Below, in pieces: positions 26,405 to 38,261 of a stretch of 64,000 nt of DNA (position 1 is its first letter; each line of letters opens with the position of its first letter). The notes under the pieces were generated by a model. That model was not told the DNA's origin. It was given only the letters and a program-made list of their open reading frames with translations, and did not search any database. The stretch comes from Octopus sinensis (lineage: Eukaryota). Location of the stretch: NCBI RefSeq assembly GCF_006345805.1, contig NC_042999.1, positions 107,446,001 to 107,510,000 on the forward strand, given 5' to 3'. Both the position numbers and the translations under genes were made by a program.

Positions 26405-26676
26405 AGACTATGGATGATTAAATTATAACAATTACAGTACATTGTTATTATTATATTGCATTGTTGTGCCATTCAAAACACATTATTTTTTTTAGCAATA
26501 ATGATTTTTACTCAGACACAAACCATACCTTTTATGACCATGGCATAGTCAATAAGGCCAAGCCAATAATTTCACTGGTATTTATTTCATTGACCCATGG
26601 TGGATTACAGTCAAAGTTGACCATAGTGCAATATGATTGCAGAAACTAAAGGTATGCTCAACAATCTTTGAATTCT

Positions 26677-27082
26677 GTGTGGTAAGAAGTTTGATTCTAA
26701 ATCCCAGATTTCTAGGTTCAGCCCTGCAGCGTGGCACCTTGGGTTAGTGTTTTCTGCTATAGCCTTCGGCTGATCAAAGCCTTATGAGTGGATTTGGTAG
26801 GCAGAAACTGAAAGAAGCCTGTCATGTTTGTGCATGTTTGTGCATGCGGGTGTGTGTATGTATGTGTGTGTGTGTGTGTGTATGTGTGTGTGTGTGAATA
26901 TTTGTTCCCAATTAACACTTGCCAACCAATGTTTACTTCTCCATAACTTAGTGGTTCGGCAAAAGAAATCAAGAGAATAATTACCAAGCTTTAAAATAAA
27001 TAAGTGCTGGGGTCTATTCAAGGTGGTGCCCCAGCATGGCCACAGTCTAATGACTGAAACAAATAAAAGATAAAAGATAAAG
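26677..27082 (+). mobile_element. Older SINE family A copy
   Basis: Diverged but collinear with the other family A copies. Confidence 0.8.
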
Positions 27083-27869
27083 ATGCCACCCACTGCCCTT
27101 CTAATGACTAATTCTTACATACACAGTATCATAACAATTCAATGGATGCTAGCCTTTGAATGATACTTAAGCAATCACCAACAATTAATCATTGTGTATC
27201 CATTTTGTGACAAGAACGTTAATATTTTATAGCTATTGCAACCATGTCCAAATTTTTAGGTTATAGATGATACATAATTCAGGTTTATATATGCTAGCAA
27301 TTTCTAAATTTTATTGCATTATAAACAAGTCAGGTAATTCAAATAAATACTAATAAATCATTGCCTTTTTTAAAAATATTTTTTAATCTATTTCTTTGAA
27401 AAATATTTACATTTCAACGAATATTCCATCTTTTCTTTTAATCAATTTGTCAATTGACCAATTTGCTTTTCTATGAATATGTCTTTCAGCTAATATGATT
27501 TTGACCAAACTACATTTGATGAATGGTTTCTCAATAAATATTCTTAAACCCATGTGTGAGCATATATGCACATATATGTGTGTACATGCCTCTGTGCATG
27601 TGTTTGTGTGTGTGTTTGTATGTGGGCACATGTATGTGTATGATCATGTATGATTGCTTGGACGTTACTTAGATTATGTTATTAAAATTTTTCATTTTAA
27701 AAAAATTGTATCTACAGAATGTTTGTAATGAAGTTTAAATACCATGATAGAGAAAATAATTCATTCTTTCATTGTTTTAAATCTGAATTTGATTATATAT
27801 TTTAAATTCTCAGATATCATGTTCTCTGAACTGAACTGGACTGTAAATTTTTATAAATTTGAAATATAT

Positions 27870-28645
27870 GTAAACCAGTGTCTGTAGTATTTTTGTAGTA
27901 TGTATGGCATGCCAATCAGCCAAGTGGCTCTTCTGTTGATGTGATGATCTAAAATGTCTGTGTGCATAGCTTCAGTTCTGTCCCAGGTATAGGGGCCATA
28001 TTCCACCAGGGGCCTCTCTCAAGTCTTGTGGAGTGTCAGTGGCTGTTGGTGTTCGAAATATCTTCTGACTCTAAAGAGAAGGACTAGTCTTTGGGATGTC
28101 ATCCTAGCTATGCTAAAGATATATTTTTGCCAGGAGAGATAACTGGTGATATTGAGGCCCAGCATTTGGGATGACTGTAAGAGCTATAGCTGAGTGCTAC
28201 CCCTGTTTAGAAGGGTTGTGGTGTGATATTTTCTTAATATGCATAATGCAAGAGTTTTTTATCTTCTATTATAAAGACAAGATTGTCACCACCTCAGTGG
28301 AGGATGCGCTCAAGGTTTCTCTTTATGGAATAAATGCACTTCTGGCAAGTGGGTACTGCATGTGGGATGCATAGTTAGGGAAGGTTAGGAAAAGATGAAG
28401 AGCCATGTGCAGTGTCATCCAACAACTCCCACTGACTATGTGTATGCATGTTTGACTGTTGCAACTAGTAAGTCTCTGACATATTGAAGGAAGAGAACTA
28501 AATCCTGAGGAGCAACAGATTTGATTGAGAGTGAAGCAGAAAGAGCTACATCAATATATGCCATAACAGTCCAATCTCATAGGAAACTATTAATCAAAGT
28601 GATGAGAGGTAGGTAAAACCCATAGGCAAGAAGTTTTGATATGGT
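27870..28645 (-). mobile_element. CR1-group LINE reverse transcriptase/C-terminal fragment (pseudogene)
   Basis: ISKLLAYG...INSFL*D...IKSVAPQDLVLFLQYVRDL (decayed GVPQGS region) and QMLGLNITSYLSWQKYIFSIARMTSQRLVLLFRVRRYF...ERPLVEYGPYTW. Confidence 0.85.
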
Positions 28646-30492
28646 TGCTAAGAATTTATCAATTTAATGTAGTTATTAGGTCAGCCATAATTGAGTAGAC
28701 CCTATGATAAAAAGCATTCCAGCCTTATCAATACCATCTGCTTTTCAGATATAGGGTTTCTAGGAAGGTGACTGATCAATTGCATTCGGAACAACTGTGT
28801 CCCTGTTAAATATGACCTAGTATGCATATATATTCATGTTCAAAGAATGCATGTTGTGAGCAACACCTCATAAGAAACTTAATTTATTCTTACGATTGTA
28901 ACAAGCAATTAATGTCTAAAGGCGTTTATTAATAATTTTATTTCTTCGTCGTTGGATACTAATTCCTCTTTTGTTATTAGTTTTCACCTCTATGACCATA
29001 GCTTTCTCTTTCTACAATGAGTCGATCAATTTGCAAACAGCAGTGTGTCAATAAATAATCAAATTTTGGTAATATTATGCCACTTCTTTAAACTAGGCAA
29101 ATCATTCAGTTTGATCACGAACAATATTTCAAAATGTGAAAGGAAAGATTCCTGCACTCTCAGGTCAACTTCTACGTTTTTGCACGGATAATGTATGTCA
29201 TGAATTTGGGTGGTATGGTGCAATTTCAAAGTATGCACTGAATTCAGAGGGTAAATAATGATCTTCATACAGATTCAAGATGTCTTTAATGATATAATTA
29301 ATATAAGGAAAGCTTATGCAAAAATACATGAAAGTTTTAAAATTAATTTTTTCATCTTCGTTATATCATAGTCTTAAATAAGTTACATACTGTCTTAAGA
29401 TAGATTTTGATGTATGGAAAATATAAACTTTTTGTTGCATTTAGATGTTTCTGCTGTATACTTTCTTGCTCTAAGTTCAAAATCCATCAGCACTGATTTG
29501 GGATTATGTTGAGAGCAAGTTTGTAACAAAGGAATGAACATTCAATTCATACAGTACTTTATAATTATTGAATAGTTGAGTGAAAATATTGAGAATGTTG
29601 ACAACTCCATTTTGCATGTGAACATTGCCAAACTCACATGAAGTATGAGGTTGGTCACATGTAAATGTTTATTTATAAGTGGCACAGGTGCCTAAAATTT
29701 CCCTGATTGATTAGACAGTTCCTTTAAGAGACTGAAATAAGATATTTAGAATATATAACTCAGAGCTTGTTATGCAATAATAATAGTTGCATATATTGAA
29801 GTGCAAATAACTAGTATGTACAAAGACTGGACACAAGTGTCCAAAGACACCACTGACCACAGCACAGTGACCCAGAACACAAATACCCAAGAAGTAGCTA
29901 TGATTTCATTATTTGATATACTTAATAGCTTAAAAACAGAATGGTGTAAGTTGAAGGAGATTTAATTGCTATTTATGTTTATCTATTTGATATTTATGTG
30001 GCCACAAGAGGATCTTTTACTGGGTTCATTGATTTTACTTGCAGTATTTGAAACAATACATGTTTGAAATAGAATAAACTTAAATTATGATGGGTCTTGA
30101 TTGAACTTCAATTGTTGTTACGTAGATCAAAAGTACTGTAGAAAATGAGGCTTGTAACAATGAAATAGTTGAAGCTAAATCCAATATTCAGCATGCCAGA
30201 TTATAATATTTATTTAAATAGTGTACCCTTATTTCATTATAAATTTGTTACAGAAAGCCTAATTCATTCACCAGATTTTGAAGTCATGTTTGTTAAGATC
30301 AACCATCATGATTTGTTGAGTTTAAATGTAAAGATATCAGTAGTGCTCTGAAGTGTTTTGAGTAAAAAACACTTCAGAGCAAAAAATATTTTTTCATATT
30401 TAGTATAGCATTGAACAAAAACACCTAGCACCTCAGTGCTATCCTAAACATTTAATTTTATTCTCTCCAAAAATGAATCTTGCTTAAACCAT

Positions 30493-30728
30493 TTATTTAT
30501 TTCTTTATTGCCCACAAGGATCTAAACATAGAGGATCAGACAAGGACAGACAAAGGGATTAAGTTGATTACATCAACCCCAGTGTGTAACTGGTACTTAT
30601 TTAATTGACCCCGAAAGGATGAAAGGCAAAGTCGACCTCGGCAGAATTTGAACTCAGAACATAGCAGCAGATGAAATACCGCTGAGCTTTTCACTCGGCG
30701 TGCAAACAATTCTGCCAGCTCGCCACCT
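30493..30728 (-). mobile_element. SINE family C with 15-bp target-site duplication
   Basis: TCTTGCTTAAACCAT at 30478-30492 and 30729-30743; tRNA-like head on the minus strand. Confidence 0.92.
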
Positions 30729-32214
30729 TCTTGCTTAAACCATGAGCACTCATCTCTCCTCAGTCAACTAACTCATCCAAATTTGTTAGGTTTACTAAAT
30801 AACTTTACTGGAACACACCACTTGTTTCCTTGGACTCTGGGTTTTTACACATTTGTTTGAATTTGTGAACTGAAAAATGCTAATATAATCCAGTAGGCTT
30901 CAGGCTTTTAAGTTTTCTTTATCAAATTATAGTGTAAGCAGTAGTTGAACCTATTTTCCTGTTCATAGCTCTATTGCATTTTTGCTATAGTCACTATATC
31001 CCACTTAAACACTTATGCTATTATCTCATAGCCTCTTTTCCGCAGTATCCAATAAAACTATTTTCATATGTCAGGCTAAGAAGCGTATTAAGTTTGCTAT
31101 CATTAAAAAACACATCAGCGTATCCTATAATATTTGTTCCAAAGTTATCACTATTTTACTTTATTATAAATTATTTTATTTGGAATATTAAATGTATTTT
31201 CTGTCAGGTACTTTACAGAATATGGGTCTATATTAGTTTGGCTGTTCCCCAATTGCATTGAAATATTAAAATCTTTTTGCTGTTGTTTTTTACTCAGATA
31301 TTTATTTTTCTTCCACCTGCAGTAATTCTCTCTCTAAACTTAGTTTATTACAATTTGTGCAAATATTAACAGAATTTATGGTCTCATATTGCTATTTTTA
31401 GAGTAAGTATCAATCTATTCATTGAAATCTACTGATCAAGTCTTATTTCTTCGATGGTTTGATATTTTATTGTAACACTTTACTGCCAAATACAGTGAGA
31501 AAAAATTTTTTCTTTCAAATAGTCAAGAGTTCTTTTCAACCAATTTCCAATTTCTCTCCCAAAGGAAGACATTGTAAAAAATTATTTTGTTTTCAAACTT
31601 AAAGACTCAGTCATTAAATAAACATTAAAAAACACATAAAAAAGGCTGTTATGGTTATTATGATTTCTATCACCTCCATCCATATCCTCATTCTCATCAT
31701 CATTTTGAAATCTCTTTTGGTATTCTGACAGTGATTGGACACTGACAAATATCCCCATTCTTCATTAGTCATGTGACATCAAGTTTGTGAGGCTCAACGT
31801 CCTTTGATCCTTTGATTTGTCTGACATCCCCACCATTATCCAGTCCTCGTTACCATGGTTACCTTCTGCTGTCAGAAGAAATCACTCCATCACTCAGAAT
31901 TTGTTGATAATGTGCTCATCTTTGTTGAAGCATAATTTTTTCCTCTCAACTACCTTCATTAAAAAAAACCATGTACAGTTTCTAATTATGACCTGACCTG
32001 ATCTTTGCAGTGTATAATTGTCTCCCAAATTCCTCACTCATAAAAAAGGTAATTTTCCAAGTTTTTATTTTCCCTGTTTTTATTATTTGCTTGCTTTTAA
32101 ACCATTTGGCTACTTGTCTGGTTGTTTTGTGTAGCTTTATACGAGCATTTCTTTTTTAATATTCTTTATGATAATTTACAAATTTTTTCCCTATTGTTTT
32201 TATTTTCCATTTCC

Positions 32215-32730
32215 TAGTCAAAAACTCATATATACCTAAATAATTAAGCTGCTCTTTTGAGAATAAAAATAAACTCCCATTGACTGCTTCCCTTTAGTAT
32301 TTGTTTAGCTTTATTTTCATATGTTTAGTTTTAAACATATTTATCTCCCAACCACCTCCAAAATAACAACAACAATGTCAATGATGATGATAATGATGAT
32401 GATGATGATGATGATGATAAAAATGTGTGAAACTTCTTGTGATCTGACTTAACCTTTGTAGTGTATGTTACATGCATTTCTTTTTTGTTAAAATTCTTTA
32501 AATTTTATTTAGTTATTCATTTGTTTGTTTTGGTCAAGTTGTAAACTTTTTAAAGACCAAGTCATCAAGAATTTGTATTGCTTAATTTTTCCTGCTGTTT
32601 GTTCCCCACTCCACCAACCACCCAGTCACCAGTCAAATTCATAATCATATATTTAAATAATTAAGCTGCTCTTTTGAGAATAGAAATAACTTCAGTTGAC
32701 AGCTTTGGTTTATTATTTGTTTAGTTTTAA
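32215..32730 (+). repeat. Local imperfect direct repeat of about 100 bp (about 32215-32335 and 32630-32730)
   Basis: TAAATAATTAAGCTGCTCTTTTGAGAATA occurs twice with collinear flanks. Confidence 0.8.
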
Positions 32731-33063
32731 ATAAATTAATTAAAGTCATTGAAATGATCTTAACTTTGAAAATTGCTAAATTGTAAATTGTTTTCTATTT
32801 TTAATTCTATAGAAAATTATTTAAAAAGGGGGGAAAAAACTAAAAATTCTTCAATATTGAATACAGTAGCAACATTTAGTTTCTTCATTAAAATAAACAG
32901 ATAGTAACTTTACATTAAGATATTTAGAGCTAATACTTTAGAATTTGTTTTAAAGTTCCTCTTCTTTTTCTTTCTTGAATCAAATTGTTTCATGATTTTG
33001 ATAGGAAGTTGCATTCTTTTCTATTTATGTTGATAGTTTTAATTTCGATTAAATTGAGTTTAT

Positions 33064-33094
<31 letters not shown>

Positions 33095-33399
33095 TGTTCA
33101 TTCACATTGAGATGTATGACTTCATTGTCTGTCACTACTTTGCTTGCTCTTAGCTTATCATCTAAAAGAATTCAGATCTGACCCTTCTCATGTAATTTTA
33201 TGCAGCAATGTGATAAATCTTACAAGGAATCTTCTATTTACCTACAGACAAATCTTCCCTTGATTATCTCTCAAATGTTTGATTTTTTTTTTTAATGTTT
33301 GATTAATCAATTGTCTGTTCTGTTTTGTTTTTTTAGTCACTAGAAGCTGTTACGTTCAAGGTCAGCTTGCATGCAGTATACCTAAGGTCAAAGACATTT

Positions 33400-33565
33400 C
33401 ATCTATCATCATCATCATCATCATCATCACCACCACCCCCACCACTAGCACCATCACCCCCACCACCATCATCATCACCATCACCACCACCACTAGCACC
33501 ATCACTATCATCATCATCATTATCATCACCATCATTATCATCATTATTGTCGTCATTATTATCAT
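33400..33565. repeat. Imperfect (CAT/CAC)n array adjoining a decayed family B copy
   Basis: Directly visible; GGATGCTCTTCCTAACAC follows at about 33671. Confidence 0.85.
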
Positions 33566-34775
33566 GGTTTTATATTTGCTTTTTATGTTGGCATGTGTCA
33601 TAGCTGCTCTCCTAGATGGATCAAACAACTACATCTAGCTCATAAGTTTTTGGCTTGGTTTCTTATGATTGGATGCTCTTCCTAACACCAACCATTTTCA
33701 TAACTCCATTTTCATAACACCAACCATTTTATAAAGTGGCACCAGCACTAGAGAAACAGATGTGTCTTTGACAAGACTAAAAGGACCTCTCATAGTATAT
33801 TTAAAACTAAATAATTTAATGAGTGCTTTCTCTTTTCTTTTATAATGTTGCTGCATGATATGAGGTAGATTTGGCAGCTATTTTTGACAAGTTGAGGCTG
33901 CACAGAGGCTTCTTAACTGGCCAGAGAAACTACTATTATTGTTGTCATATATCAACAAATCCAGAAAGCTGCCCATATGGTTTCCTCATGCTGGCTTTAT
34001 CTAGCTGTAATTTCTAATTTTTAGTTCAGCTTACATTATTTACAAGCCTACAAGGGAGCCTCTATATGGATAGTTAAGCTGCTAAATATGGCAGCTAAAT
34101 GCCCTTCAAATATATCCAACCATCTTAGAAATAAAGGAAGAACACATTAGATACTGAAATATTAAATATACAAAAAATATACAAAAAATCCTAAATATAC
34201 AAAGTAAAAGAGCTAGGACTGTCACAGTTGCAACAACTTTGATTATAGATATGCTCAAACAAAGCTAATCTGAGATTAAACAACAGCAATTTTCTCAAAT
34301 GACAGAAGAGCTCATTATTCAATTAAATCTCTTTCTTGATGTATGGTTGTATTTCCCATTTAATCCAGACAAACAAAACTCTCTAAGCAATGCTAATTAA
34401 TTACCTTACTATTGGATTCAAATATGTAACAATAGATTCATTAGTTACGGGTCCCCATTGGACCAGTTGGTAATTTATTACCTATATTATGGTGGAATGG
34501 ACAAGGGATTGTTTGAGCAACTTGGACAGAAAAAAAATCACTTAAAATATATGTATTAGTTTATCAGTTTTATGATTGATTTTTACTTCCTTGGCTGATA
34601 TACATATAAAATGATCTTCTCACTAGTTTTTCTTTATCAAATTCCATTTACGAGGCACTGGTCAATTGAAGCTGTAGTAGAAAACACTTGCCCAGTGTAT
34701 CACAAAACAAAACCAAACTTAGAATTATATGGTTTGGAAGCAAACTTCTTAACTACACACTTATCCCTGGGATAT

Positions 34776-35176
34776 AGTTACTCTTTTACCCTTTTACTTG
34801 TTTCAGTCATTTGACTGCGGCCATCCTGGAGTACCACCTTTAATCGAGCAAATCAACTCCAGAACTTATTCTTTGTAAGCCTAGTACTTATTTTATCAGT
34901 CTCTTTTGCCAAACCGCTATGTTACAAGGATGTAAACACACCAGCATCGGTTGTCAAGCGATGTTGAGGGGACAAACGCAGACACACAAACACACAAATA
35001 TTTACATATACATATACGACAGGCTTCTTTCAGTTTCCGTCTACCAAATCCACTCACAAGGCTTTGGTTGGCCCGAGGCTATAGTAGAAGACACTTGCCC
35101 AAGGTGCCATGCAGTGGGACTGAACCCAGAACCATGTGGTTGGTAAGCAAGCTACTTACCACACAGCCACTCCTGA
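34776..35176 (-). mobile_element. SINE family A, full length, next to an older head fragment (about 34605-34770)
   Basis: Reverse complement of the family A unit. Confidence 0.92.
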
Positions 35177-35714
35177 ACCTAGTTGTATAAAAAGAAAGAA
35201 CATGTCTTCTAGAACCAAAAGTTTCTCTTTGATTCTTGAGAGTAGTTTGTTGCATCAGTTAATTAAGTTTAACCATCATTTTAAAAACTTCTTTGGAGAG
35301 TTCTGAACCAATCAGGCAATATAGTTAATGGACCTACTACAGATATCAGTCAAGTATCTCTTAAACTACACTTTACTGTCTACAAAAAGAAAAAAGGACA
35401 CATTGGGTAATGTACTCCAGAGTACACCATGCCTGGAAATAATACAATAAGTCAGCTCAGTCAGGGCTGATCTGGAGTTAAACAACTATTTTAGTGAAGT
35501 TATGATTGAAGTTTTCAAGAGATGTGGATTAGACTAAGTGAAATGTTTAGTTTAAGTCTGTGAAGTTCATGTTTTAAAGAAAAGTGATTTGCTTTTTCAA
35601 TCCTAGTTAAACCTTGGTTAAGTCAATTTATGACGAAAATCATTTCATTTGAAGCCTTTTCAAACTTTTCAGAACATCTGATATTGTATTCAAGATTGAC
35701 TATGGGGAGATATT

Positions 35715-35928
35715 GATTTCAAATTTTATCACAAGGCTAGTAATACCAGAGGGAGGGGGTAAGTTGATTACATTGACCCAGTGCTCAACTGGTGTTTATT
35801 TTATCGATCCTGAAAGGATGAAAGGCCAAGTCAACCTTGGCAGAGTTTGAACTCAGAACATAAAGACTGATGAAATGCCACTAAGCATTTCGCCAGGTCT
35901 GCTAATGATTCTGCCAGCTCACTGCCTT
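35715..35928 (-). mobile_element. SINE family C
   Basis: Matches the other family C copies. Confidence 0.85.
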
Positions 35929-36385
35929 ATATTATGGGAAAATATTACTTGAAACAAAAAGAAAAGGGCGAGGATTGGCAATTGGAGGAACATCCATCTG
36001 TAAAAAAACTGCCTTAACATATTCCATCTGACCCACATGGTGGTGGTGCTGGTGCTGGTGGAGGAGGTGGAGGAGGGATGAGGGGGAGGGAAAGAAGGTT
36101 GTGGTTCGTGTAAGCTATCTTTGATATTTCTAAAAGTTTGAAAACTTTCCTTCTGTTTCATGACAAGTAAGTTTGATAGCTGATAAAGCACACTCAGAGT
36201 AGTAGCAAATACAATTATAATTATCATAGAAGTTTGAGAATGTATCATAAAAAATAACAGTGATAATCTAATAAATGGAAAGAGGGGAAGAAGGTGTTTC
36301 CATTCTTTCTTTTTTTTTTCTATCACTAGTACAGTGGCTTTGCTTCCTCACAGTTAGCTGATCCTATGCCACCTGCAATCAAGCT

Positions 36386-36389
<4 letters not shown>

Positions 36390-36453
<64 letters not shown>
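36390..36453. repeat. (CT)n microsatellite
   Basis: Directly visible. Confidence 0.95.
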
Positions 36454-36458
<5 letters not shown>

Positions 36459-36587
36459 CTCATATTTCGTCCACACTCATTGGCACTACACTGCCTACTA
36501 TATTCAATCCTTCCTTCCCAGAATACCAGTTCTCTGAAGTTTTAACCTTCCATATTAGTCAACTTGCAGTTATTCCAAATAAGTATT

Positions 36588-37005
36588 GGTTTCAAATTTT
36601 GGCACAAAGCCAGCAATTTCGTGAGAGTTGGGTAAAGTCAATTACATTGACCCCAAAATGATAGAAGGCAAAGTGGACTGTGGTGGCGTTTGAATTCAGA
36701 ACATAAATTTGGAAGAAATACAACTAAGCATTTTTTCCAAAGCGGTGACAGTTCTGCTAGCTTACTACCTTACATTCCAAATACACACTGATTTCAAATT
36801 TTGGCACTAGGCCAGTAATTTTGGTGGGAGGGGATAAGTTGATTACATTGACCCCCCAGCATTCAACTGCTACTTATTTTTATCAACTCCAAAAGGGTGA
36901 AAGGCGAAGTTGCTCTCAACAGAATTTGAACTCAGAACGTAAAGACAGACAAAATACTTCCAAGCATTTCACCTGGCAAATTAATGATTCTGCAAGTTTA
37001 CTGCG
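36588..37005 (-). mobile_element. Two tandem SINE family C copies
   Basis: TTTCAAATTTTGGCAC...TTTGAA(T/C)TCAGAAC unit repeated at about 36590 and 36792. Confidence 0.8.
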
Positions 37006-37396
37006 TTGTCCCAAATAAATATTAACCAAAACAATCTCTCTGAGAAGGCCATGAACACAAGCCATTCATTCAAATACAAGCCAATGCCAAAGATAATAGA
37101 ATGTTTTCTGAAGTAACACTTCAATGGGGGAACTGAATGGAAGTATACTGCCAGAGAGTTGAAGCTAAGAAATGGACTGAACCAACAGGTTGGCAACTTA
37201 AAAGATTTGCATACCATATGTGTGAATGTGTGTATATGTCTGAATGGTGTGGAGGAGATATGCATGCATGTGTGTATATTGTAATATTGGTATCTGTTTT
37301 GAGAAGCACATTAGGACACAATATATTTTGTCGTTCTTACTCTGTTTATATCTATATAACTGGGATTAACGACTGCCATGTCTAGCAGATATGTGT

Positions 37397-37444
37397 CCAG
37401 TACTGAGGAAGGGTAAGACCCTGAAACCAGTTCTGGTCTACTGG
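37397..37444 (+). ncRNA. Type I hammerhead ribozyme with complete catalytic core
   Basis: CCAGTA (37397-37402), CTGAGGA, AGGG taaga CCCT, GAAA, CCAG tt CTGG, TC, TACTGG (37439-37444). Three stems pair, GUC triplet with predicted cleavage 3' of C37438; stem I extends through TCTAGCAG (37381-37388) / CTGCTGGA (37453-37460). Confidence 0.85.
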
Positions 37445-37603
37445 TCCTGTTACTGCTGGATGGGAGTTGTTCACTCCCTTATTTGCAATATAATGGACAC
37501 ATATTGTGTTATTAACCAGCTGGAGGAGGTGCCCTTCTGAGGTTAATAAGCATAGTAGCATTGTTCTGTACATAACAACCATGTTGAGGTGGCAACAACC
37601 GTT

Positions 37604-37639
<36 letters not shown>

Positions 37640-37720
37640 TATTTATATATATATATATATGCACATATTTATATATATATATATATGCACATATTTATAT
37701 ATATATATATATATATGCAC

Positions 37721-38225
37721 ATCATCATCATCATCATCATCATTTAGCGTCCGTTTTCCATGCTAGCATGGGTTGGACGGTTCTACTGGGGTCTGTGAAG
37801 CCAGAAGGCTTCATCAGGCCCAGTCAAATCTGGCAGTGTTTCTACGGCTGGATGCCCTTCCTAACGCCAACCACTCCGTGAGTGTAGTGGGTGCTTTTTA
37901 CGTGCCACCCGCACTGGTGCCAGACAGAGCTGGCAAACGGCCACGAACGGATGGTGCTTTTTATGTGCCACCGGCACGAGGGCCAGGCGAGGCTGGCAAC
38001 GGACACGAAACAGGGCGGTGCTGGCACCGGTCGCGAAACGGAAAGTTCTCTTACATGCCACCGGCACTGGTAACACATCTGCAATTTCCATTGATCGATT
38101 TCCATTGATCGATTTCGATTCTGATCCTCACTTGCCTCAATGGGTCTTCACAAGCAGAGTTTCGACATGCCACCGGCACTGGTAGCACATCCGCAATTTC
38201 CATTGATCGATTTCGATTTCGATGC
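37721..38225 (-). mobile_element. Repeat family B with internal GC-rich tandem subrepeats
   Basis: (CAT)n-TTAGCGTCCGTTTTCCATGCTAGCATGGGTTGGACGG...GGATGCCCTTCCTAACGCCAACC, then repeated TGCCACCGGCAC units. Confidence 0.9.
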
Positions 38226-38230
38226 ACATA

Positions 38231-38261
<31 letters not shown>

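Larger units (their letters stand above)
26019..26494. repeat. Inverted repeat (arms about 26019-26182 and 26333-26494) around a 150-bp SINE D fragment
   Basis: Arms are reverse complements with scattered mismatches (e.g. TAATTTAATCATCCATAGTCTGATATAATATTTC / GAAATATTATATCAGACTATGGATGATTAAATTA); spacer duplicates about 25653-25806. Confidence 0.95.

Noticed and set aside
37885-38225. Repeat-spacer-like array suggesting CRISPR
   Set aside because: Irregular, mutually related spacers inside a eukaryotic dispersed repeat; no cas genes
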